Below, piece after piece: positions 13,432 through 24,857 of a stretch of DNA of 64,000 bases (position 1 is its first letter; each line of letters starts with the position of its first letter). Below the pieces are notes generated by a model. It did no database searches. It was not told the origin of the DNA and saw nothing but the letters and a program-made list of their open reading frames with translations. Position numbers and translations under genes: made by a program. The stretch lies in NCBI GenBank assembly GCA_030141605.1, contig JAQGDQ010000370.1, forward strand, positions 83,029-147,028, read 5' to 3'. The stretch comes from Tubiluchus corallicola. Its lineage: Eukaryota; Animalia; Priapulida.

Positions 13432-13908
13432 TCAACCTCGGATATAAGGGACACCTCGGGACCAGAAAAAAACGTCCCTTATATCCGATGTCCCTTATAG
13501 TCGAAGTTGAGTCAGACCGAGGGTGTATCTAGACCTGTACTTTTCTGTACTTTAACCCATGTATTTATGGATTATTGCTACACATTCAGTGCAAACGGTA
13601 TGTAGGAAGCTCCTTCAGTGATGCAAGATGTATGTGACCACGGAAACCGAGCTGTTCGAAGGCCAAGTTTGCGAAAAATTGAGGTTAAAAATCGATCAAT
13701 TTCACTTTGATCATAGAGTCCCTTATGTGGAAGGTAATTTACCTGGCTTTCTATTATGCAGGACCTGAAGATGTCATCCCTTATAACTGAAAGTCCCTTA
13801 TATACAAAGATTTTTACATAGGAAAAACATTACGAAAAATCAGGACCGGTGTTGGTGGTTCCTTATAAGGGAGTGTCCTTTATAAGCGAGTACCTTATAC
13901 CCGAGTTA
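13429..13908 (-). mobile_element. pogo/Tigger-like MITE family T1, inverted copy
   Basis: CAGTCAACCTCGGATATAAGGGACACC start; reverse-complement similarity to 7581-8037. Confidence 0.85.
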
Positions 13909-14117
13909 ATACTTTCAAGTATAATGTTACAAGTATATTAACACTAACACTTTCAATTTTACAAGTATAATGCTGTAAAATAAAATTATCTTGTAATAAA
14001 TATGTCCAGTGTTTTAAATGTAATATATGGTCTCTCTGTAAATGCTTTCACTTTGCAGTTACAATGTTTACATACACAGATCGCCTTTTCTTTTATATAA
14101 TTTCAAACAGCGTACAG

Positions 14118-14617
14118 CAGGGGTGTGCAAATTATCTGACTAGCCGGGCCACATTAAACTTTCCCGCAATTCCTGTGGGCCACAGGCAGTTTGATCAAGG
14201 AACCAAGTTCAGAAAGGCCTAATAACGATTTTTTTGCATCCGACCTGCGTACATCATTACTACTACACCCAAGACACTATTCTAGAAGTTATTGAAATTT
14301 ATATTACAAACCATATATTTCTACTTTCAGGACAGATAGTGGTAATTTCATTACAATGCATATTAGTAACGTGTGTCACACAGTCTGTGTAGTACAGCGA
14401 CATTAAGCTACAACCGTCTCGTAAGGGTTAATGGCATCCGATCTAGTAGAAAAAACTACCTGCACTATCTTTGGGATCCTGGCACGGACTTCAGCTGGAT
14501 ACACTCAATTAATCGCCCGGGCCGCACTTTCATTAGGTTGACAAATCTCTTCGCGGGTCACACAAATTCTCTCGGCGGGCTGCAAGTGGCCCGCGGGCCG
14601 CAATTTGCACACCCCTG
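14118..14617 (+). mobile_element. hAT MITE family A
   Basis: TIRs CAGGGGTGTGCAAATT, TSD gcgtacag. Confidence 0.9.
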
Positions 14618-14775
14618 GCGTACAGTATCTTGGCACTTTTTGCCACCGCAAGCAAGTTTTTAGCATAAAGCTTATTCACGTGTGATTTTGCTGAGTGTTA
14701 GTGTTGCTAATGCTGCCACCTGTGACAAGGTCATCATAACTGCTGAAGCTAATTACTTTTTGATCATCTTTACAG

Positions 14776-14832
14776 ACGTTTGATGTACCATGACAGAAAG
14801 TACACAAAGCTGGCGCCGGAGACGTTTAAAAC
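14776..14832 (+). CDS. Sarcosine oxidase-like, exon 3 (57 nt, phase 2-2)
   Basis: tacag|A...AC|gtaagt; RLMYHDRKYTKLAPETFK completes the RIIR motif. Confidence 0.9.
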
Positions 14833-15019
14833 GTAAGTCTAGCTTCACTCTGTTCTTTTCACTTATTCTCTTGAAGGTGGTGTCTCACACTTTTATCACA
14901 TACTTATCATAATATAAACGTTTTGTTCATATAAATTTATTATAAGTTACTCTTTTTGGGTAAACCTTCTTTCCTGGAATGCTACATACGTTGCCTGTAG
15001 TTTTTTCTTGGACTGCGAG

Positions 15020-15207
15020 ATCATCCATCCTACTTTTTGTTGCATTGGTGTCAGAGGTGGGATAATGACATGGTTTTGTGTTGCATCAATATATTTTAAT
15101 GTCTTGCATCAACTCATCCATCCTACTTTTTGTTGCACTGGTGTCAGAGGTGGGATAATGGCGTGGTTTTGTGTTGCATCAATATATTTTGATGTCTTGC
15201 ATCAAAA
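15020..15207. repeat. Two-copy tandem duplication (~95 bp)
   Basis: catccatcctactttttgttgca...gtcttgcatcaa occurs twice. Confidence 0.9.
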
Positions 15208-15718
15208 GTAATTTCGTACTTTTACAATTTCATGTTGTGTCTACACTGTCCAATGTCTAGTTTAAATTTACTGGGTTTTAATGTGATCTGTTTAAATTTT
15301 AACTATGATGCTGATTCTGTTGTTAGACACTGCTATGTATTTATCCATTTGTGATGTCTGGTGAAAAAATTATGTTAATCAGTAATGGCTGCTTGTGCAT
15401 AGTTTTCAATAGACACCACAGAATACTTGTAATTAATGGTGTGGTACAAGTTTGTGTAATAAAAAATAAAAAATAATATAATGCTGCAATTTTTTTCATT
15501 CTCATTACTTTGTTAACATAAATACAGAGATGCCCAGTTAGGTTAGCAAAATTGCTATCGCCTCCACTTCGTACAAAAAGACAGAAAGGAGATACCGACA
15601 GTTAAACTATGCAAATGTAGTACAAAAACTACAGCCATACTGTGAAGGAAACACAAATGTGATTATAAATTATGATAAATCACCAATCATTGCAGGATTA
15701 ACTCACTATGTGGAAAGT

Positions 15719-15887
15719 TTATATTAGAATACGAAAAGAGTTTGTTTATGCAAACCAATATAAAATTGGCCCTGGAAATCGCAGTTTGTTTATGAAAACC
15801 AATATAAAATTGGCCCTGGAAATGCGATTTCCAGGGCCAATTTTATATTGGTTTGCATAAACAAACTCTTTTCGTATTCTAATATAA
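15719..15887. repeat. Perfect 65-bp inverted repeat (hairpin) with 39-bp loop
   Basis: 15719-15783 is the reverse complement of 15823-15887. Confidence 0.9.
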
Positions 15888-15965
15888 CCAAGAGGTTATG
15901 CTAGATGCGAGTATATGTCTAGGTTTAAACTGAAGCATATCGCTAAAGTAGCGGCCGACCAGCGT

Positions 15966-16296
15966 TAACTCAAATGTAGATTTAGGTAATTCAAATGTGT
16001 CTTGGTAACTCAAATGTAGACTTGGGTAGTTCAAATGTGTTAACAATGGTTTTCAAGAAATCTTAATAGGCTGAAATAAAGTGTCTTCTTGCAGATATTA
16101 GAGAAAATCTTCTAGTGCAGAATCGCGGTCAGAGAATGGCAATATTACAGGTTTTACACGTCTAATGTAAATTAATTACCGATTTATTCAAAGTATCGCA
16201 CTACATTTGACTTACCTAAGTCACATTTGAGTTACCAAAACACATTCGAAATTCCTATGTCTACATTTGACTTGTCTAAGTCACATTTGAACTTTC
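15966..16296. mobile_element. Foldback/MITE-like element with inverted arrays of ~20-bp subrepeats
   Basis: (aactcaaatgtagact..)n on the left and (..ctacatttgactt..)n on the right. Confidence 0.55.
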
Positions 16297-16302
16297 CTGT
16301 GT

Positions 16303-16977
16303 CTGCACTTTTAAATATACCGCATTTGGCATCCGCGTGTCGCTAAACCTACTGCAGATAGCTGCTAATGGAGGAACAAAGTTCAACAAGATTACTCAAA
16401 CAACTTTTTTTATAAAAAACTTTTTTTATTTTTATTTTTTTGCATAATTCCAGTGCATAAATAAAAATGCAAAATGGAACACTTTGATAAAGGTGGGCGA
16501 CGAACAACAATGCACACCAAGTTCGATACGATAACGATATTAATAGAAAAAATATTCATATGATAACGACAAAAACAAAGTTTTCGTATCGATAAGATAA
16601 TCGATGGTTATCGATACGTATCCTTATCGTTGATATCGCTAGTGCAAAGTGCGAGAGAGTTTGGGCAGTGCTGACTGCTCCACTTTTTCTCTTGCCCTAT
16701 CATTCACAAAAACTTCTTCGCCTAACTACGGAAGCCCAGCTCAAAAGAGCATTACATTATCATGACCATTATCATTGCTCAGACCTTAATAAACTTACTG
16801 CGATGTGGTAATTAAACAGACAATAATTAGAAACTAAAGCTACGACTTCATGTGCGCGTAATGCGTAATGCGTATTCAGATGATAGGCATCATGCTCGAC
16901 TGAATACGTATCACACATTATGGATTACACAATACGTACATATGGAAACACTTCCACGTGTTTAAATATAAACTGTT
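16303..16977 (-). repeat. Right arm of ~670-bp inverted duplication
   Basis: Reverse complement of 12765-13431, with an extra 7-bp tgcgtaa duplication. Confidence 0.95.
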
Positions 16978-17064
16978 ATTACTATATATTACTTTTAGAG
17001 ACATACCCAAGAATGCTTTTGTGTTAATTTATGTTTTATTCTTCCACGTAACATGTTCTTGCAG

Positions 17065-17199
17065 GTGGGAAGAAGTTGAACTGGAGTCGGGGTTGAAGAT
17101 TGTCCACAAAACGGGCGGCCTAGATTTCGCCGTAAAGGGAACTCACGGAGAAACCGTTTTGAACCAAGTCAAAGAAGCACTAGCCGTTGAAAACATTCC
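17065..17199 (+). CDS. Sarcosine oxidase-like, exon 4
   Basis: gcag|G...CC|gtagg; WEEVELESGLKIVHKTGGLDF...ENIP. Confidence 0.92.
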
Positions 17200-17261
17200 G
17201 TAGGTGCTATTTGACGCCTAGATCAGAGTAAAAATTACAGGATTATCCCAGGGTTAACTAA

Positions 17262-17845
17262 ATGATGCCCCACTCGACGCTTTAATACCTGTTTTATGCT
17301 AGCACCTCTATAGTCCGGAACGATCCTGGGTAAGTTTCCCTATTGTTCAGATAGTGTGCATGATGCCCCACTCGATGCTCTAATACCTGTTTTATGCTAG
17401 CACCTCTATAGTCCGGAACGATCCTGGGTAAGTTTCCCTATTGTTCAGATAGTGTGCATGATGCGCCACTCGATGCTCTAATACCTGTTTTATGCTAGCA
17501 CCTCTATAGTCCGGAACGATCCTGGGTAAGTTTCCCTATTGTTCAGATAGTGTTCATGATGCCCCACTCGACGCTCTAATACCTGTTTTATGCTAGCACC
17601 TCTAGTCCAGAACGATCCTGGGTAAGTTTCCCTATTGTTCAGATAGTGTTCATGATGCCCCACTCGACGCTCTAATACCTGTTTTATGCTAGCACCTCTA
17701 TAGTCCGGAACGATCCTGGGTAAGTTTCCCTATTGTTCAGATAGTGTTCATGATGCCCCACTCGACGCTCTAATACCTGTTTTATGCTAGCACCTCTAGT
17801 CCAGAACGATCCCGGATAAGTTTACTTATTGTTCAGATAGTGTTC
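17262..17845. repeat. Minisatellite, ~98-bp unit x ~6
   Basis: atgatgccccactcgacgctctaatacctg...cagatagtgttc repeated. Confidence 0.95.
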
Positions 17846-18567
17846 ACACAAATACTGGTTCGGTTCAAACTTCGTCTAGTATGTGCTAAGTGTTTTTGTA
17901 AGTAGTTTCCCCGACACTGTTGTTACCAGAAGTGCAAATAAAACCAGTTTATTTCATTGTTTTCACTTAAACTTAGAAAATTATAACAAAAAATCTGCAA
18001 AAAATGTCTGTAAAACATAAAATTAATTTTCGAATTAGTGTTCGAATTTTCATGCGCTGTGGTAGCGACCATTCATTTGAAAATTATAATAGAACTGGTG
18101 CAATTTATTCGTAAGCGCATCGTGGTGCTTAAATTAATTCGAACTTCTGCAGCTTGCCTAATTTTTGTCAAAATATCACAAATTTGGCTGTCTAATTTTT
18201 TGTGAAAACTTATTGTACTTTTTATTAGATGAAAATTGACGATGTACCGCTGCTCTTCAGCCTATGAACGACGTCATTGGTGGAAGAATGACGTCATTGG
18301 TGGAAGAATGGGCATTCAGAATTGGAGCGTTTAAGACCCCAAGCATGAAATGATCGCGACTCTAAACTGATTTTGCGATCCCTTAGTTTTCACGAGACAC
18401 TTTTTAAATCTTGTTAGCATTTTTCGCGAACATTTAAATAGGCCTAGCATCCCAGAAGCCTTGGTTTTTCCATTAAAACTCAAATCGCAGCGAATGCCCA
18501 TGTAGAAGTTTCGACTTCGTGTTCGTTTTTTAAAAAGGTGATTGTAATTATGCGTCGTTCGTTTCAG

Positions 18568-18680
18568 GTTCGAAAATTTGACCGGTCCTGAAATGTCACG
18601 GCGTTTTCCAACACTGACCACGGGTTCTGACGTTGTGGGAATATACCAGGATGATGCTGGAATCGCAGACGCTGCTGTAG
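18568..18680 (+). CDS. Sarcosine oxidase-like, exon 5
   Basis: ttcag|G...G|gtacg; FENLTGPEMSRRFPTLTTGSDVVGIYQDDAGIADAAV. Confidence 0.92.
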
Positions 18681-19807
18681 GTACGCATAAAAACATAATT
18701 GCGCAATATGTAATATTATTCATAAAATATAATATAATTATATATATATATATAGTTATATAGTAGTACATAATATAATTATATAGTAGTATAATGTAAT
18801 TATGCACTATAATGTAATAGCTATATAATGTAATTATATATGCTTCTTAATAAAACCACAGGTAACAAAACTAACAGTGAACCATTTTTAGACCGTTTAG
18901 GCGCGGTCGAAAATTACCCCCTCAATAAAGGTGGCGCATCTAGCGGTGATTTTATTAAACTACGATTGCTATATTGAAAATAATAATATAGATGTATTAT
19001 GACTTGATATAATTAAGCCTGACTCATTACGACTCATGATCGTACTTGGTTTTACGATGAAACGTTGGTGTGTGGAGATAACGCAATGATTTCTTATCTA
19101 AATACTGGACTTCTTTGTCAAAGTTAGTCTATGACAGTTTTCATGTGTAGCATGAGCTGTGTTCGTCACGAATTTAGTAAACGAAGTTCGCATCCGAATT
19201 AATTGTGGCGTAAATTGCTTTATGTTGATGTACCTGGATTTCTATCTAGTAGAAATAATGAAATACACTACACCATTATGCGTGTTGCCGAACTACTTTA
19301 TTTACAATGCGTTCTGACGCATTAATACATAACATCTCCTTTCTTTTGAACAAAAAAACAAAAGTAAACAATAACATGGCATTGTTAACAACAATAGTAA
19401 ACAACCTTAAAGTTAACAAAACAGTAAAATTGACTTTGCCACTTTTCTTATCTATGTAGTTTCAGCACACAAATTTTAACTTTTTTGACTATTGGAACCT
19501 TTACAAAATTCGAATTTAACATTGAACTTTAAATTACAAAATGACTTTCATTACAGTTAAAAATGAATTAAGTTCTAGAAACTACATAGATCCCACTTCT
19601 GACACCATGATTTATGTTGATGTACCTGGATTTCTATCTAGTAGAAATAACGAAATACAGTAAACTATTATGCGTGTTGCCGAACTACTTTATTCACAAT
19701 GAGTTCTGACGCATTAATACATAACATAAATAATATTATTTAGAGGTTGATTAAAGTTATTTCAAAACAAGTGCAATGCTAATCAGGAGTTATTACGCTT
19801 CGTACAG

Positions 19808-19908
19808 GTAACGCTACCCACATACAGCTGGCTCGGGCTCACGGCGCCACCATCGTTGACGAGTGTCCTGTTACTCGACTAGAGACGCTAAACAATGGCG
19901 AGGTCAAG
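19808..19908 (+). CDS. Sarcosine oxidase-like, exon 6
   Basis: tacag|GT...AAG|gtatg; GNATHIQLARAHGATIVDECPVTRLETLNNGEVK. Confidence 0.92.
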
Positions 19909-20225
19909 GTATGTACGTTAAATTGTGCACCATCGCTTTTGCCCTGCTAATCGTTTCTTTTCAATTTTGATAAGAGAAAATGTGGTCCCGAGTGTATACC
20001 TAGTGTTTGTGCAGCCTCGATGAGCGTCTTCATATCGCTGTTGTATCGTGAGCATAAATTTAAATGTCGTATCCCGAGTTTTGATTTTAATTTAAACTTA
20101 AATCTTACAAACCCACACTGAATTAATGTCATGATTTATGACTTCGGTCATTCTTGTAAAAAATACTATTTTCTCTTTCAGTATGTTATAAGGTAGATTG
20201 TTTTGAGCTATGGTTAATAATCAAT

Positions 20226-20579
20226 TGTTGTGGAGATCGCTGGCATCTATTAGAATTAAATAGACTGTTAGAATAATCGTCTTACCTTGTAGAATGTTCT
20301 GGAAGAAACTTCTAGAAACTTCTTGGGCACCCTATATAAGGTGAAGCAGGCTGCTGAGACACACACGCAGATTCACACGGACGCCACTTACACATTCTCT
20401 TTTATACTTGTATTTTCAGATACACTCAAACATTTTCCAGATTTTCACGTTTAGTGTAATCATTTCGTGTTCCTTCATACTTTTGTGTTGTAGAATTCTC
20501 GCTTAATAAACTAATTTAATTTTGATGAAGTGTTTTCTGGTTTTCTCTACGAGCCTTCCGAGAGAAACAAAACACCACA
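20226..20579 (+). mobile_element. Solo LTR of an LTR retrotransposon
   Basis: TG...CA ends (tgttgtg...caccaca), 5-bp TSD tcaat, internal TATA (ctatataag) followed by aataaa. Confidence 0.75.
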
Positions 20580-20634
20580 TCAATATTAGTTTATTAAATA
20601 TTTATTAAGTTTTTATATATTTATGTACTCACAG

Positions 20635-20801
20635 GTTCACACATGCAAAGGAACATTCCAGTGCAGGAAAGTCGTCATCGCTTCCGGTGCGTGGACCAAT
20701 CACGTGCTGGGAACGCTTGGCGTACACATACCAATGTACGTAACTCAGGAACAAGTGACTTACTATGCCACGCCGAATATAAAAGAATTTTGCAAAGACA
20801 G
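20635..20801 (+). CDS. Sarcosine oxidase-like, exon 7
   Basis: acag|GTT...AG|gtacg; VHTCKGTFQCRKVVIASGAWTNHVLG...VTQEQVTYY. Confidence 0.93.
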
Positions 20802-20880
20802 GTACGTCCAGGTGTCGTCAGGCTTCCGTGTTAGAAGGTCGTATTGTTATAGGTGTTTGGAGTGATGTGTGCTATATAAT

Positions 20881-21251
20881 CTGTAGCGGATAGCCCTATA
20901 GGCTGAAGCCTAAGGCCCGGGATCAAAAGGGGCCCGGCAAAATAAAACGAAAAAAAAAATTTTTTTTGGAAAAAAAAATAAATTGACAAAAGAGCAAGGG
21001 GCCCGCCAAAACAAAATATAGAAAAAAGTTTTTTTTCAAAAGTCCTATATAGTCATATAGTCCTATTCCACAACTCAAGGATCAAGAAGATATAATTTTT
21101 ATCACAATCGGTGGGCAAAAACTCACAAAATTAAACAAACTTACAAACGACGAGAGCTCCACAAAAACACGTCAGCTCAGCAGTGTAGCAACATTTAAAA
21201 GGCCCGTTCCAAGCTCAAGCCTAAGGCCCATAAAATCATAATCCGCCACTG
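20881..21251 (+). mobile_element. hAT-like MITE family C
   Basis: Ends ctgtagcggat / atccgccactg, 8-bp TSD tatataat. Inverted copies at 59621 and 60638. Confidence 0.85.
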
Positions 21252-21859
21252 TATATAATAATAATCAATCTTTTTTATTTATCTTGCAACACACGCACAG
21301 TTATAATACAATTAATTTGGAAACAAAAATGTGAAGAAAGGGCAGCGAAAAACCAATTGGTCATCTAGTCAGCTGCCCTTTGGTTAGTCATGAACATTTT
21401 TATAAGCGCCATGCTACAATGTATTAGTGTTAGTACTGCTTATAATAAAAATTTGTTACGAATGACATTAAATTGATATGCTTATGACATGTTAATACAA
21501 TTCATACGCAGTAATAATAAGTGCATAATAAAAAATATCAAACAAGAACTGAAATAAAAATCTGACAATGGAAACATAAGAACAATGGCATCTGAAATAT
21601 AATTCATAAGCTATAGTGGTTAATAGTATGCTTACCAACTAAAGTTTTTAACACAGAGCCAGGAACCTTTTATTTTTTGAATTACAAATTCAATGCGGTG
21701 CCAGAAGACCACTCAGCCCCTTTTGACTATGGAAGATTTTAATTCAAATCTTACAAAATAAAGACACATCACAGAGAGAAATAGTCTACGGATCGTTACC
21801 GCTTCAGTGTGTATTCATCAAGTTAATCATATACATTAATTCCGGTGGTATATGTATAT

Positions 21860-22200
21860 TAGGGGTGAGCATCGAACGCTCAAATTCGATTCGAATGAAT
21901 TTTTTTAGTTCGAACTCGATTCAAATCCAAAACCACAGATTCGAATAATTCAGCACTTCAATTACATATGTTCTTTATCACTAAAACAATTGAAACATCA
22001 TGCAATTAGCATGATTTAGCAGTGGTTTCTGTACACAATTTTAAACAAATTACTGGTAGTTTTATTGCAGAACAAAATCTAGTCTTATGCATGATCTTTC
22101 AATGCGAATTCGAAACACTAGAGTTCGATTCGGTTCAAACTCGAAAGTCACAAATTCGGTTCGATTCGAATTCGCTTTCTGGTAGAGAATGCTCACGTAT
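21860..22200. mobile_element. MITE rich in ttcgaa/attcga subrepeats
   Basis: Ends taggggtgagcat / atgctcacgta. Diverged copy at ~49123-49495. Confidence 0.6.
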
Positions 22201-22352
22201 ATATCTATATATATATATATATCTATAGATGTGTATGTGTATTTCTTTAAATCAAAGCTCGCTATAAGATCTTTTACAACACGAGAATACACTGCAGCAC
22301 TGGTGTTAAAATTGACAGCCATAAAGGCGGTGTGGTATATATGATATTACAG

Positions 22353-22536
22353 GTTTCCCGTGTTCATCTGCCGCGGCGATAAGGACTTTTACGGCATGGG
22401 AATACACTGCAACACTGGTTTTAAGATTGGCATCCACGAAGGAGGACCGGTGGTCACTGCGCACACGAGGAATTATGAGCCGTGTAAAGTGAGGGAGGAA
22501 ATATGTACAGACTTCATACGCAAATACATGCCAAAG
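22353..22536 (+). CDS. Sarcosine oxidase-like, exon 8
   Basis: tacag|G...AAG|gtaaa; FPVFICRGDKDFYGMGIHCNTGFKIGIHEGG...FIRKYMPK. Confidence 0.9.
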
Positions 22537-22829
22537 GTAAAGAAGAAGCTTGTTGCTTGAAACCTGCAAACAAATGAATTGTTTGGTTTCTATGGTAACA
22601 AACAAACAAAGGCATCAAGTACTGCTTAGTATAATATTTTATTGTTCGTGCACCGTCATCACAGCACGTGCCCTGTGAAAGTTATGTTTGAAGTTGTTGT
22701 TCACTCACTTTGTTATGATTGAATTTAGGCACAGAAGTATGAACAAGAATAAAAAATCTATAATACATATTTGCACTGCACACAACAGAAAAGTGTTTAT
22801 TAAAACTGCAGAAACATGAGTAGCACAAC

Positions 22830-23520
22830 TGCTGCACTGAACACTGAGAGTGAGAGTCTCCTGCACTGAACACTGAGAGTGAGAGTGTCCTGCACTGAGC
22901 ACTGAGAGTGAGAGAGTCCTGCACTGAGCACTGAGAGTGAGAGAGTCTCCTGCACTGAACACTGAGAGTGAGAGTGTCCTGCACTGAACACTGAGAGTGA
23001 GAGTGTCCTGCACTGAACACTGAGCGTTAGAGTGTCCTGCACTGAACACTGAGAGTTAGAGTGTCCTGCACTGAACACTGAGAGTTAGAGTGTCCTGCAC
23101 TAAACACTGAGAGTGAGAGAGTCCTGCACTGAACACTGAGAGTGAGAGTGTCCTGCACTGAACACTGAGAGTTAGAGTGTCCTGCACTGAACACTGAGAG
23201 TTAGAGTGTCCTGCACTAAACACTGAGAGTGAGAGTGAGAGACTGCTGCACTAAACACTGAGAGTGAGAGTGTCCTGCACTGAACACTGAGAGTGAGAGT
23301 GAGAGACTGCTGCACTAAACACTGAGAGTTAGAGTGTCCTGCACTGAACACTGAGAGTTAGAGTGTCCTGCACTAAACACTGAGAGTGAGAGTGAGAGAC
23401 TGCTGCACTAAACACTGAGAGTTAGAGTGTCCTGCACTGAACACTGAGAGTGAGAGTCTCCTGTACTGAACAATGAGAGTGAGAGTGAGAGTCTGCTGCA
23501 CTGAACACTGAGTGTGAGAG
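22830..23520. repeat. Minisatellite, ~29-35-bp unit (ctgcactgaacactgagagtgagagtgtc)
   Basis: Over 20 copies visible. Confidence 0.95.
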
Positions 23521-24250
23521 AATGACTAGAAAGCAAAAACAGTCAGTATATATAGGTATAGGTGACCTATGCAGACTTGCACAGGCTTCACCACAACCAT
23601 TACTTTAAAATAGGGAGAGGACCAGTGAATATGCATTCAGTGGACCGTACAATTATACTGAGGGTAAGTCAGCTGGTAGAATGTAACAGGATTAGCCCAT
23701 AGATGGCAGCACCTAATCATAATGTACAAGTCCAACTTCCTCATGCCCCTTCGTCATTTTATTTCATATTTGACATGCATTGAGACTCAATTTCCCAAAA
23801 TTATACATTTTATCTGGAATGAAATGCAAATTATTTTAATACACTAATTGATTTCTTATCAAAATGTCAATTACCATTAGGTGAAATTAATCCTAAACTT
23901 TCAGTGAGTAACTAATTAAAATTAAACAAAATATACAAACATCGTTGGCATCAAATCGCGAGTTACACAGAAAATTTGTCAACACGTCGTCACTGCTTTG
24001 AACACATTGAAACTTGAATGACAGATATTTAAAACTAGGTTGCTAATAGCTTTTGCTTTAAAGAACATGGATAGCTGATATCATGCTGTTGTTTAGTTTG
24101 CCTCACAAATGCAAGTCTCCCTTTCGAACTATGAGCTCTCGTGTTGCTGCCACAGTATGCAGCCATGCTGCTTTCCATTAATTAACGAACTAAGCTGCAC
24201 TTTCGCAAAATCACTCTAGGTTGTGTTCTATTGCTATTGATTTTTTGTAG

Positions 24251-24384
24251 GCTGAAGGTCCAATATTGTTCACAAAGACTTGTCTGTATGCTGTAACTCC
24301 AGACAAAGATTTCCTGATCGATACACTGTCTTCAGCAGGATTGCCTCAGGTTGCCGTAGTTCTTGGTGCCGGCCACGCATACAA
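24251..24384 (+). CDS. Sarcosine oxidase-like, exon 9
   Basis: tgtag|GCT...AA|gtaag; TCLYAVTPDKDFLID contains the flavinylation-site Cys motif, and GAGHAYK follows. Confidence 0.94.
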
Positions 24385-24857
24385 GTAAGCCAAGATTTGC
24401 ATCACTAGTTTACTTTCTACTACTTGTAATTAAATAGTTTGTTTCCCTACATATATCCTCTTACTGTCTATGTCAATAATTGTCTATGAGTTGTGATGGA
24501 GGCACAGAAAGCACGAATCGTAAGTTTTGTCTGCACGAATCGTATATTTCTTGAAAAACAAGTGAACGTTAGAGCACTTGGCGAGTCTGCGGCTCTGCAG
24601 GCACCTGTTTTAACTTCGTTTTTATTTAAAACGTAAAATACAAAGATGATAAAGCAATGGATTTTGTAAATACGGTAGTTATTAGTTGTATTTTTAAAAA
24701 ATTTGTTCGCATGATTGTGTCTTCGGCTATCTGTTGATTATTGTTTACCGCTCTAAGCGCTGCTAGCGCCATCTATCCACTAAAAATACAAACTCAAACA
24801 GCACCCGTTTTTGTCTTGTAAATGGCTTCGTCACTCTTAAACGTGCTTCCGTTTTAG

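Noticed and set aside
17262-17845. Second CRISPR-like array
   Set aside because: Whole ~98-bp units are near-identical; ordinary intronic minisatellite.
22682-23078. Repetitive ORFs on minus strand
   Set aside because: Minisatellite translation.
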